From Candidatus Thermosaccharophagus tengchongensis (lineage in GTDB: Bacteria; Armatimonadota; Fervidibacteria; Fervidibacterales; Thermosaccharophagaceae): a stretch of DNA of 64,000 bases. Below the pieces are notes generated by a model. That model saw only the letters and a program-made list of their open reading frames with translations, ran no database searches and was not told where the DNA came from. The stretch is taken from the NCBI GenBank assembly GCA_032161105.1, contig JAVHTD010000014.1; one strand, given 5' to 3'. Both the position numbers and the translations under genes were made by a program. This document shows, piece after piece, positions 45,120 through 54,400 of the stretch (position 1 is the first letter of the stretch; each line of letters opens with the position of its first letter).

Positions 45120-46646
45120 TCACCCTTGCTGCGCCTTGCTATGTGCGAGTTTGTTCAAAGCGTGCATGTAGGCTTTGGCTGCAGCTTCAATCGTGTCCGT
45201 TGATATTCCGTAGCCGCTGAAGACATTCCCTTCGTCATCGGTGACTCTGACAAACACTTCAGCGACTGCGTCAGTTCCGGGTCCTACCGAACGCACGGAG
45301 AAGTCGGTAAGGCGATGCGGTATGGTGATGAGCTTATCTATCGTCTTGTAGACAGCATCAACTGGACCAACTCCGGTGCCAGTGGCTAAGAGCAATTCCT
45401 CGCCGCGCCGTATCCGCACAGTTGCGCTTGGGACTGTGCCCTTACCGCTAACGACATGCATGTAATCAAGCTGGTAAATTTCCGGAGCAGTGTGAAGCAC
45501 ATCCGAAGCGAGCGCCTCCAAATCCATGTCCGTAACTTCGCGCTTCTTCTCAGCGAGCTCCTTGAAGCGCTTGAACACTTGATCAAGTTGCTCCCTGTTG
45601 AGTTCATAGCCGAGTTTCCTCAGCTTCATCTCAAGCGCATGTCTTCCCGAGTGCTTTCCAAGCACTATTCCCTCTTCTGTCACTCCGAAGAGCTTTGGGT
45701 CGAGTATTTCGTATGTGAGTGGGTTTGAGAGCACACCGTGCTGGTGTATTCCCGACTCATGCTTGAAGGCATTTGCGCCAACGATGGCTTTATTTGGTTG
45801 CACTGGCATCCCGGTCAAGTCGCTTACGAGCTTGCTTGTGCGGCTTATTAATTCGGTTCTGATGCATGTGTAGCAGTTGAGCATCTTTTGGCGGCAGTAG
45901 ATTGTCGCTACGATTTCCTCAAGCGATGCATTTCCGGCTCTCTCTCCAATACCGTTTATGGTGCACTCAACCTGCGAGGCGCCAGCCATTATCCCGGCGA
46001 TTGAATTTGCAACAGCCATGCCAAGGTCGTCATGGCAGTGCACGCTCACAACGGCTTTATCTATGTTTGGCACCTTGTTCATGACCGTTCTGACGAGCTC
46101 ACCAAACTCATGCGGCAACGCGTAACCAACCGTATCCGGTATGTTGACCGTTGTGGCGCCCGCATCAATCGCCACCTCAAAGACTTTGCATACAAAGTCC
46201 CAATCGCTGCGCGTTGCGTCCTCCGCTGAGAATTCAACATCGTCCGTGAAGTTGCGCGCATAGGATACGGATTTGCGTGTCGTCTCAATCACTTCCTCCC
46301 TGCTCATGCGAAGCTTATATTGCATGTGTATATCCGAGGTGGCGATGAATGTGTGTATGCGTTTTCGCTCCGCAGGCGATAACGCTTCAGCAGCTGCATT
46401 TATGTCCTCCTCCAATGCCCTCGCAAGCGCTGCTATGACTGGTCCTTTAACCTCCCTTGCAATGCGCTTAACCGACTTAAGCTCGCCCTCGGATGCAGCT
46501 GGGAAGCCAGCTTCAATTACATCCACGCCAAGCCTTGCAAGCTGCATTGCTATTTCAAGCTTCTCGCCCTCGCTCAAGCTGACCCCCGGAGATTGCTCGC
46601 CATCACGGAGCGTCGTATCAAATATGAAAATGCGCCTTCCTTCCAT
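45120..46646 (-). CDS. leuA: 2-isopropylmalate synthase
   Basis: [52 protein letters not shown], and C-terminal regulatory domain GPVDA. Confidence 0.96.
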   Translation of the reverse strand: MEGRRIFIFDTTLRDGEQSPGVSLSEGEKLEIAMQLARLGVDVIEAGFPAASEGELKSVKRIAREVKGPVIAALARALEEDINAAAEALSPAERKRIHTFIATSDIHMQYKLRMSREEVIETTRKSVSYARNFTDDVEFSAEDATRSDWDFVCKVFEVAIDAGATTVNIPDTVGYALPHEFGELVRTVMNKVPNIDKAVVSVHCHDDLGMAVANSIAGIMAGASQVECTINGIGERAGNASLEEIVATIYCRQKMLNCYTCIRTELISRTSKLVSDLTGMPVQPNKAIVGANAFKHESGIHQHGVLSNPLTYEILDPKLFGVTEEGIVLGKHSGRHALEMKLRKLGYELNREQLDQVFKRFKELAEKKREVTDMDLEALASDVLHTAPEIYQLDYMHVVSGKGTVPSATVRIRRGEELLLATGTGVGPVDAVYKTIDKLITIPHRLTDFSVRSVGPGTDAVAEVFVRVTDDEGNVFSGYGISTDTIEAAAKAYMHALNKLAHSKAQQG

Positions 46647-46840
46647 TCAGCTCACCTCTTAAATGCGCAAACGATAATTGGTAATGCATTTGCACACCAA
46701 CTTGAAGGGCTGAACACCATTGAATGCATCATCGGCGACATTGAGGCGCTGCCTTTTACGCCCTCACTTGAGCAACATGCCTAATCGCCTTTTGAACCTT
46801 TGAATGGTGGCTCAGTTGAGCCGCCCATAGATCGGTTGCT

Positions 46841-47839
46841 CTAACTGATGCTTTTCAGCCACGGCATCATAGCCCTAAGCTTTGCCCCGATCTTTTCTAT
46901 GAGGTGTTCGCTTTGCCTTTTACCCTCTGCGTGATAGACCGGTCGTCCTGCCATGTTTTCAAGTATCCACTCGCGTGCAAACTCGCCAGTCTGTATCTCC
47001 CGCAGTATCTCCTTCATGGCTTGCCTGCTCGCTTCGTTGATCACCCTCTTGCCCCTCGTTATGTCACCGTATTCGGCTGTGTCGCTGATGCGTTTCCTCA
47101 TCCCCGTTATCCCCTCTGTGTGGATGAGATCAACGATGAGCTTGAGTTCGTGCAGGCATTCAAAGTAAGCTACCTCAGGTTGGTATCCGGCTTCAACGAG
47201 CGTTTCAAAGGCAGCCCTGATTAACTCGGTGCATCCTCCGCAAAGGACGACCTGTTCGCCGAACAGATCCGTTTCCGTCTCCTCGGCAAATGTTGTCTCT
47301 ATCACTCCGGCTCTCCCGGCACCTATGCCCTTCGCATAGGCGAGCGCAATTTGCATTGCGCTGCCAGTATAGTCCTGCTCAACTGCAACAAGTGCTGGCA
47401 ACCCTTTTCCATCCTCATAGAGTGAGCGCAATTGAGCCCCCGGACCCTTTGGCGCAACCAGACATACATCAACGAACTTGGGTGGGATTATCTGCCTGTA
47501 GTGGATGTTGAAGCCGTGCGCAAACATGAGCGCATTCCCTTCGGACAAGTTTTGGTGGACATGCTCCCGATAAACCTGCGGCATGACTTGGTCTGGCGTC
47601 AACATGCTTATGACATGTGCATTTCTAACCGCATCAGCTATCTCCATCACCTTGAAGCCCTCGTTGCTGGCTCTCTCCCATGATGCGCCATCTTTGCGCG
47701 CACCAACTATTACGCTTACGCCGCTGTCACGCAAGTTAAGAGCGTGTGCACGCCCCTGATTGCCATATCCGACTATGGCTACGGTCTTACCTTGAAGCGG
47801 CTCAAGCGACATGTCAGCGTCGTAGTATATCTTCGCCAT
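46841..47839 (-). CDS. ilvC: Ketol-acid reductoisomerase
   Basis: [64 protein letters not shown] before ATG 47839. Confidence 0.96.
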   Translation of the reverse strand: MAKIYYDADMSLEPLQGKTVAIVGYGNQGRAHALNLRDSGVSVIVGARKDGASWERASNEGFKVMEIADAVRNAHVISMLTPDQVMPQVYREHVHQNLSEGNALMFAHGFNIHYRQIIPPKFVDVCLVAPKGPGAQLRSLYEDGKGLPALVAVEQDYTGSAMQIALAYAKGIGAGRAGVIETTFAEETETDLFGEQVVLCGGCTELIRAAFETLVEAGYQPEVAYFECLHELKLIVDLIHTEGITGMRKRISDTAEYGDITRGKRVINEASRQAMKEILREIQTGEFAREWILENMAGRPVYHAEGKRQSEHLIEKIGAKLRAMMPWLKSIS

Positions 47840-47840
47840 C

Positions 47841-48242
47841 TCACTCCACCTCCTCAGCCTCGGGTTGAGTGTTGCGCCAATGCCTTCCAAAGCATCTCAC
47901 ATAGAGCCCGGCTACGACGCCAACAGCTACGCCAACTAAGACGAATACAAGAAGGTTTTGAAGGAGCACATCAACCCTGTGCAAACCCGCATAGCCAGTC
48001 TTTGGATCAAATCTCATGCGATACTTGTGGAAGTGCCAAAGCGCGAGGTTAAGCACACCGAGCATTCCGAGCAGTAGCCCATTACATAAACCCCAAAAGA
48101 GCTTTCTCCTTAACGCACCCCAAATTGCACCGCAGGCTAACCCGATAATTGGTGATGCTACCGCTACGGCGAGCATCAACTTATCTGCAGCGCCTTCGCT
48201 TATTAACTCCCTCATTTGCTCTGGATGCATCTCGCTCACCAT
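47841..48242 (-). CDS. Hypothetical membrane protein (about 3 TM helices) inside the ilv operon
   Basis: The ORF fills the ilvN-ilvC gap, has three hydrophobic segments, and stops 1 nt before the ilvC start. Start uncertain (48287/48242/48230). Confidence 0.7.
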   Translation of the reverse strand: MVSEMHPEQMRELISEGAADKLMLAVAVASPIIGLACGAIWGALRRKLFWGLCNGLLLGMLGVLNLALWHFHKYRMRFDPKTGYAGLHRVDVLLQNLLVFVLVGVAVGVVAGLYVRCFGRHWRNTQPEAEEVE

Positions 48243-48283
48243 CCGGTGAAGCTGTAGCGCACACAAGGGCTTACTCATGCCGC

Positions 48284-48793
48284 TCAAGTTGTCTTAGAGC
48301 CGCGAGCAAGAATTATCTTGCCCGCCCTTGCAACCTCAAGTATGCCATACGGTCGGAGCAACTCAAGCATTGCGTTTATCTTGTCCTCCGTGCCGGTTAT
48401 CTCAATCATCATCGTGTCCGCACCCACATCCACGATTGAAGCACGAAATATTGTGACGAGGTTGAGTATCTCGTTTCGTTGCTCGGGCTCACAGCTCACC
48501 TTGATGAGTGCCAGTTCACGCTCAACCACATCCTCGCCGGTGTGGTCTTGCACTTTTATCACATCAACCAACTTGTTTAGGTGCTTCGTTATTTGCTCAA
48601 TTGTGGCATCGTCCCCTCCAACGACGATCGTCATCCTTGATATGGTTGGGTCATCAGTTGTGCTCACTGAGAGGCTTTCAATGTTGAAGCCGCGCCTCCG
48701 GAACAGCCCGGCAATCCTTGCGAGCACGCCGGGGCGGTTCTCAACTATCACAGAGAGCGTGTGAAGTTGTTGGCTCTTGCGCTCGCTTGCCAT
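48284..48793 (-). CDS. ilvN: Acetolactate synthase small (regulatory) subunit
   Basis: HTLSVIVENRPGVLARIAGLFRRRGFNIESLSV, QITKHLNKLVDVIKV, ERELALIKV. Confidence 0.96.
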   Translation of the reverse strand: MASERKSQQLHTLSVIVENRPGVLARIAGLFRRRGFNIESLSVSTTDDPTISRMTIVVGGDDATIEQITKHLNKLVDVIKVQDHTGEDVVERELALIKVSCEPEQRNEILNLVTIFRASIVDVGADTMMIEITGTEDKINAMLELLRPYGILEVARAGKIILARGSKTT

Positions 48794-48827
48794 CGCAGCT
48801 CACCTCGTTGAATGCAGCGCAATGTCA

Positions 48828-50576
48828 TCAAGCAGCTGCTGCATATGCAGCTGCCAGTTGCTCAAGCAGCTTTTGCTTTCTGTGCCTCAACTGCGGTGGG
48901 AGTATGATGTCCTTTATCGTTCCGCCGGCTGGTATCATCGGGTAAACATGCTCATCGGGGTCAATCCAACAGTCAATTATACATGGCTTGTCCTTCACTT
49001 CAAGGGCTATCTCAAGCGTTGGTTGAAGCTCCTCAGGCTTCTTAACGCTGTATCCGACAGCACCGAATGCCTCTGCCACTTTCACGAAATCCGGGTTGCC
49101 ATAAAGTGATGTTGCTGAATACCTGCTCCCAAAGAAAAGGTCCTGCCATTGCTTCACCATGCCGAGGTAGAAGTTGTTGAAGATGATCACCTTGATTGGC
49201 AGGCTATGTATCACAGCTGTGGCGAGTTCATACATCGTCATTTGGAAGCCGCCATCGCCAACGAATGCAATTACAAGTTCATTCGGGTTGCCAAACTGTG
49301 CCCCGATGCTTGCCGGGAAACCGAAGCCCATCGTCCCAAGCCCTCCGGAGCTTATGAATTGCCTTGGACGACTGCAAGGGTAGTATTGTGCTGCCCACAT
49401 TTGGTTTTGCCCGACATCGGTCACAACGATGGCAGAGCCACCCGTTAACTTAGCCATCACTTCAACGACATACTGCGGCTTGAGCATCTCCGATGAGCGG
49501 TCATATGTGAGCGGGTAATTTCGCTTCCAATCCATGACTTGCTCAATCCAGCTGTCATGCCTCTTAGGCTGCAAAATCTCAAGCAGCTGTTGCAGGACTA
49601 ACTTCGCGTCTCCGACTATTGGCACATCCACCTTCACATTCTTCCCTATCTCGGACGGGTCAATGTCTATGTGTATCTTCTTTGCCATCTTCGCGAACTC
49701 CTTTGGGTTGCCAGTTATTCGGTCGTCAAAGCGAGCCCCAACACATATGAGCAAGTCGCATGTGTTCAAAGCCATGTTGGCTGCCACTGTCCCATGCATG
49801 CCGCCCATTCCGAGGCAAAGCGGATGATTGTCAGGGAATGCACCCTTAGCCATGAGCGTGTAAACGACGGGTATATTGCACCGCTCGGCGAGTTCCCTTA
49901 CTTCCTCTGATGCTTCCGACGCGACTACACCGCCGCCGATGTAAAGTGTCGGCTTTGTGCAGCTTGCAATCAACTCGGCTGCCCGCTTCACCATGAGTGG
50001 GTGACCCTTCAAAGTCACTTTGTAGCTTCGCAGGCTGACTTCCTTAGGTATTGGGAAGTCATCGTCAAGCTTCGTTCGGGATATGTCTCTCGGTATGTCA
50101 ACGAGCACCGGTCCTTTGCGCCCTGTCCTCGCTATGTAAAATGCCTCCTTGACTATGCGCGGCAGCTCCTCTGCGCTCATAACAAGGAAGTTGTGTTTTG
50201 TGATTGGCATTGTCACTCCAGTTGTATCCGTCTCCTGAAAGGCATCTCGCCCGATAAACGGTGTCGCCACTTGACCCGTTATGGCGACGACAGACGACGA
50301 GTCCATCATTGCGGCAGCCAATCCAGTCACCAAGTTCGTTGAGCCAGGTCCGCTCGTCGCCATGCAGACGCCCACTTTCCCGGTTGAGCGTGCATAGCCG
50401 TCAGCTTCATGCGCTGCACCCTGTTCATGCCTCGTCAACACGAATTTGAGCTTGTCACGGTGATGATAAATGGCATCCATGATTTCCAACACAGCCCCAC
50501 CCGGTATTCCAAAGATGACCTCCACACCCTCCTCTATGAGCACATGCACCAATAGTTCGGCAGCCTTAATGCCCAT
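48828..50576 (-). CDS. ilvB: Acetolactate synthase large subunit (biosynthetic)
   Basis: FGIPGG, RHEQGAAHEADGYAR, TSGPGSTN, GARFDDR, DVGQNQMW, and TPP motif GDGGFQM..NN..LGMV.QWQ. RBS GGGAGG. Confidence 0.96.
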   Translation of the reverse strand: MGIKAAELLVHVLIEEGVEVIFGIPGGAVLEIMDAIYHHRDKLKFVLTRHEQGAAHEADGYARSTGKVGVCMATSGPGSTNLVTGLAAAMMDSSSVVAITGQVATPFIGRDAFQETDTTGVTMPITKHNFLVMSAEELPRIVKEAFYIARTGRKGPVLVDIPRDISRTKLDDDFPIPKEVSLRSYKVTLKGHPLMVKRAAELIASCTKPTLYIGGGVVASEASEEVRELAERCNIPVVYTLMAKGAFPDNHPLCLGMGGMHGTVAANMALNTCDLLICVGARFDDRITGNPKEFAKMAKKIHIDIDPSEIGKNVKVDVPIVGDAKLVLQQLLEILQPKRHDSWIEQVMDWKRNYPLTYDRSSEMLKPQYVVEVMAKLTGGSAIVVTDVGQNQMWAAQYYPCSRPRQFISSGGLGTMGFGFPASIGAQFGNPNELVIAFVGDGGFQMTMYELATAVIHSLPIKVIIFNNFYLGMVKQWQDLFFGSRYSATSLYGNPDFVKVAEAFGAVGYSVKKPEELQPTLEIALEVKDKPCIIDCWIDPDEHVYPMIPAGGTIKDIILPPQLRHRKQKLLEQLAAAYAAAA

Positions 50577-50599
50577 AGGCATAACCTCCCTCATGGGTA

Positions 50600-50810
50600 G
50601 AGTTGGGTGAGTTGAGTTGCCGATGGGGTTTGTAATGGGATGCTCTCTTCTCCGCCCGCTTTACGCGGGCAGGAGAACAACTAACAGGGGCAAGGTGCAA
50701 ATGGCTAACGAAGCGAAGTTGCAGCAGCAACCTACTAAACACGATTCGGGTAGCCAGCCAAATAAACTGCCGTCCCATCTAACCGATTCAATCCGGCGCC
50801 GCTTCATCAG
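50600..50810 (-). promoter_or_regulatory. Putative branched-chain amino acid leader peptide/attenuator upstream of ilvB
   Basis: uORF ending ...L-P-L-L-V-V-L-L-P-A* (stop at 50661), with hairpin TTCTCC(T)GCCCGC-GTAAA-GCGGGC-GGAGAA (50677-50648) over the stop and a C-rich, G-poor tract downstream. Confidence 0.65.
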
Positions 50811-50841
50811 TTCATCCCTCACTGATGCTTGTGCGAAGGGT

Positions 50842-51081
50842 TCACTCAATTACTTGGCGCTCAATCGGATCAACCCCAACGCCCTTTCGCTTTAAGCTTT
50901 CCACAGCACGCTCAATCTCTTCCTCGTCGCCCTCAATCTCCAAGTCAACCCATCCGCCATCCTGATCAACATTGGCTCGCCTTATATTCGTGATCACATT
51001 GAACTCCTTGCCCAAGTAGTAGATGATTGGCTCCGTCACGAGCTCCTTAGGGAATGTGAGATGGTATCGGTGAACCGCCAT
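50842..51081 (-). CDS. Stand-alone NIL domain protein
   Basis: LTFPKELVTEPIIY.L...FNV.TNIRRANV....GW..LEIEG....IE.A...L...GV.V (79 aa). Confidence 0.88.
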   Translation of the reverse strand: MAVHRYHLTFPKELVTEPIIYYLGKEFNVITNIRRANVDQDGGWVDLEIEGDEEEIERAVESLKRKGVGVDPIERQVIE

Positions 51082-51186
51082 TACGGCTTCACCCCGTAGC
51101 AGCTCTTTGCTACAAAGTATAGCGCACCTTTGCTCCCCCGTTATGGCAGCTCAGCCGTCCCTCACCCAGTCATCTCAAGTGATGCA

Positions 51187-52425
51187 TCAGCTTTCCAATC
51201 CCCGCAGGGCTTCCTCAAATGCCTTTAGCCTCGGCTGTATGCGTATGGGTTCTCTAAGTGATTCGCTCACCACCTCAGATGTCTTTATCCCAGCGCCAGT
51301 CACGAGAGCTACTGTCAGATCGTCTCGCTTGACGATGCCTTGCTGGACGAGCTTCCTCAAGGCAGCAATAGTGACACCGCCGGCTGTCTCAGCCCATACC
51401 CCTTCAGTCTCCGCCAATAGCTTTATCGCCTCAACGACCTCCTCATCAGTGACCTCTTCAGCCACGCCGCCGCTCTCTCTGATAGCGCGCAATGCATAAA
51501 CTCCATCCGCCGGATTGCCTATGGCGAGCGACTTAACTATTGTGTTTGGCTTGACCGGCTTTGGCATGCTCGCACCCGATTTAAAGGCATTCACAACCGG
51601 AGCGCATCCCGATGGCTGTGCTGCGTGCACCTTTGTCGGCACGGAATTAATCAGACCGATACGATGGCACTCCTTTATCCCCTTCCAGACTTTCACGAGA
51701 AGCGAACCTGAGGCGACCGGAGCGACGATATGGTCTGGGGCTTTCCAACCGAGTTGCTCAAGCACTTCAAGAACTATCGTCTTGCTGCCCTCGCTGTAGT
51801 ATGGGCGTATGTTGATGTTCACGAATGCCCACCTGAACTTTGATGCGACTTCAACGCAAAGCCTGTTCACATCGTCATAGTTACCCTCAACTGCAACGAG
51901 CTGCGGACCGTAAACAAGCGAGCCAACCACCTTGTTCAGCTCAATGTCGGCTGGCACGAACACGAAGCAGCGCATGCCAACTTTCGCAGCGTGAGCGGCG
52001 AGAGCGTTCGCCAGGTTGCCGGTTGATGCGCACGCAACTGTGTCAAATCCGAATTCCCTCGCCTTCGTCACAGCAACTGATACAACCCTATCCTTGAATG
52101 ACCATGTCGGGTTGACGGTATCGTTCTTGATGTATAGGTTGCGCAATCCAAGCCTCTCTCCCAGCCTGCGCGCTTTTATCAACGGCGTGAATCCGCCCCC
52201 CAAATCAACGCATTCATGTGGCGGTGAATCAACGGGCAACAGTTCGTAGTAGCGCCACAGGCTCGCTGGACCTTTTGCAATCTTCTCCGGGGTGACAACC
52301 TCTGAGAGGGCATCGTAGTCGTATTCCACTTCAAGAGGTCCAAAGCAATATTCGCAAACATGGAGCGGCTCAATCGGGTATTCGCTGCCGCATTCACGGC
52401 ACCTGAGTGACTTGATGCGCTTCAT
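51187..52425 (-). CDS. thrC: Threonine synthase (PLP, fold type II; N-terminal Zn ribbon)
   Basis: CRECG..CEYCFGPL, NPTWSFKDR, CASTGNLA, EGSKT, SLAIGNPADG, TG.G.K. RBS GAGGGAG before ATG 52425. Confidence 0.9.
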   Translation of the reverse strand: MKRIKSLRCRECGSEYPIEPLHVCEYCFGPLEVEYDYDALSEVVTPEKIAKGPASLWRYYELLPVDSPPHECVDLGGGFTPLIKARRLGERLGLRNLYIKNDTVNPTWSFKDRVVSVAVTKAREFGFDTVACASTGNLANALAAHAAKVGMRCFVFVPADIELNKVVGSLVYGPQLVAVEGNYDDVNRLCVEVASKFRWAFVNINIRPYYSEGSKTIVLEVLEQLGWKAPDHIVAPVASGSLLVKVWKGIKECHRIGLINSVPTKVHAAQPSGCAPVVNAFKSGASMPKPVKPNTIVKSLAIGNPADGVYALRAIRESGGVAEEVTDEEVVEAIKLLAETEGVWAETAGGVTIAALRKLVQQGIVKRDDLTVALVTGAGIKTSEVVSESLREPIRIQPRLKAFEEALRGLES

Positions 52426-52679
52426 CTGGCATCTCTCCCTCAGGTTTATGTTGCTTAATCCGATGCCACTGACGCCGTTAAGGGCGCGCAATCTCGTTCT
52501 AACTCCGTTAACGGGAACGACGCCAACGCTATGCGCCTGCAAAGCAGTGATGAACATTTACAGTCTCGCCGCGAGTTCGGTTATGTGATATTGTAACTGA
52601 CCTTACACCTTTGTGCCATGCAGTTTCATTCAAGCGCATTAGCGGGGCAAGCCCAATGGCACAGCCACTTTGCCCGTGA

Positions 52680-53501
52680 TTACATGGGCGCTTTCATCCC
52701 ATACCCGTTGAGCGAATGCTTGCATTGGCAATCGCTGCTTTCGTATCGCTCAATTGCTGCAGCAACTACGGGAAAAAGCCTATCGGCGGCTTGCTTCATC
52801 ACTTCCACAACTTCAGAGTGCGATGGATGGGCATCCAAAACGCCGGCGGCGTAATTCGTAACTACACAAACAAGCGCATAACATGTTTCAGCCTCCCTTG
52901 CGAGTGTTGCCTCAGTGGCTGCAGTCATGCCGACGACATCGCCGCCGAGGATCCTCATGGCTTTCACTTCCGCCGCTGTCTCGTATCTCGGTCCGTCGGT
53001 GCAAAAGTAGCAACCGCCATCTCTCACGCTGATGCCGACACACTTGGCTGCGTTAATGATCAGCTTGCGCAAGCGTTCGCAGTATGGCTGTGTCATGTCC
53101 ACATGGACAGCTGCGGCACATTCGTCAAAGAATGTGAACGGACGCTGCCTCGTCCAATCAACGAATTGGTCCGGGATGACGATCTCGCCGATGCCCAATC
53201 CGTCATGTAATGCCCCAACTGCAGCAGTGGCAATGATGCCATCCACTTGAAGGAGCCTCATTGCAGCTATGTTTGCCCTGTAGTTGATCAGGTGTGGCGG
53301 CAGGCGGTGTCCAAAACCATGCCGTGGCAGGATGAAAATTTCAACCTCGTCACCGCTGCGTGGGCGCCGATACTGCGCCCGCAGTAGCTTGACATCGCCA
53401 TAGCGAGTGCCCATCGCCACCTCTTTCACTTCACACAATGCGTTCCGAAATTGCCATGGGAGTTCATCAACGCCAGTGCCTGTGATTATGCCTATGCGCA
53501 A
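52680..53501 (-). CDS. mtnP: S-methyl-5'-thioadenosine/purine nucleoside phosphorylase (MTAP family)
   Basis: IGIITGTG, LPRHG..H.LPPH.INYRANI, PDQFVDWT, GPRYETAAE, GGDVVGMT..TEA.LAREA, VTNYAAG. Probable TTG start at 53501. Confidence 0.88.
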   Translation of the reverse strand: MRIGIITGTGVDELPWQFRNALCEVKEVAMGTRYGDVKLLRAQYRRPRSGDEVEIFILPRHGFGHRLPPHLINYRANIAAMRLLQVDGIIATAAVGALHDGLGIGEIVIPDQFVDWTRQRPFTFFDECAAAVHVDMTQPYCERLRKLIINAAKCVGISVRDGGCYFCTDGPRYETAAEVKAMRILGGDVVGMTAATEATLAREAETCYALVCVVTNYAAGVLDAHPSHSEVVEVMKQAADRLFPVVAAAIERYESSDCQCKHSLNGYGMKAPM

Positions 53502-53518
53502 CGGTGAGCCACCATAGC

Positions 53519-54298
53519 TCAAAAGTCCCACCCCTGCATTGCGCACAACCACAACCTGTGCGCCATTTCGTTATACGCGAACTCCATGAGCGGTTTCAGG
53601 TTGACCGTGTCGGCTTTGTTGTATTTGATGAGCAAAGCCAAGGCATCCTCATCGCCATAACGCTCATACTCGTTCCATAGCCTCACGGCATCCCACCCGC
53701 ACAACCCTTCAATCTCTTGCTCCCTCACTATGCCAAGTTGCCTCTCAACCGCCTTCAAGCCACCTTTGTATCCGAGCCGCCTCATCAAGTAACACAGGTC
53801 AATGTGGATTGGCGGTATGTGTATGTTCGGAAAACGCCTCCTCAGGAATGGAATGTCAAATCGTGAGCCATAAAATGTCACTACGATTGCTTTGCCGTGG
53901 AGTTCCCCAACCATGTCCGACATGTTATAGCCTCGGATGAAGGCTTTGTAGCGGCGTCCGTCGTATATTCCGACAACGGTGACATGGTCATCCTTCCCCA
54001 TGCCCGTTGTCTCAATGTCAAGGAAGATGGTGCTGTCTCGAAAATCTTGATAACAGCGCCAGTATTGCTCCCTCGGGAGCTTGTCCGCAAAGAAGTCGGC
54101 ATCTCTTTCTGCGAGCGCTGTTATTGAGCCCTTAATCAACCTCTTCCAATCATCCGGCACATGCTGCAATTTCCCGCGTTTACACTCCTGTAACCACTTC
54201 TCCCATGAGGTGATGCCCATTCTCCACCAAGCTCTCTCCCTCTTCTCTCCCACGCCGGGTAAGTGGATGAATGTGGCTGTGAGTAGCTTTTTAAACAT
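53519..54298 (-). CDS. RNase H-like (YprB/RNase_H_2) 3'-5' exonuclease-domain protein
   Basis: TFIHLPGVGEK.E..WW, FLDIETTG, VTFYG.RFD.PFL, HIDL, GGLK.VE..LGI.R, YNKADTVNL. Confidence 0.85.
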   Translation of the reverse strand: MFKKLLTATFIHLPGVGEKRERAWWRMGITSWEKWLQECKRGKLQHVPDDWKRLIKGSITALAERDADFFADKLPREQYWRCYQDFRDSTIFLDIETTGMGKDDHVTVVGIYDGRRYKAFIRGYNMSDMVGELHGKAIVVTFYGSRFDIPFLRRRFPNIHIPPIHIDLCYLMRRLGYKGGLKAVERQLGIVREQEIEGLCGWDAVRLWNEYERYGDEDALALLIKYNKADTVNLKPLMEFAYNEMAHRLWLCAMQGWDF

Positions 54299-54400
54299 CG
54301 CAACCACCGCCTGCGATATCTTCTGCCAATTCTTGAGAGGCACTGTCCACTCCTTCTCGGCTTCAACGAGCGGATAGGCTAACACGGTTAGATGGGTGTC

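Noticed and set aside
50595..50840. T-box riboswitch upstream of ilvB
   Set aside because: No T-box consensus (GGTGGNACCGCG) or U-tailed terminator was found. A leader peptide fits better.
52426..52679. SAM-I riboswitch upstream of thrC
   Set aside because: The core ATC.AGAG...GCAACC...GTGC.AA elements were not found. Kept only as an unknown structured leader.
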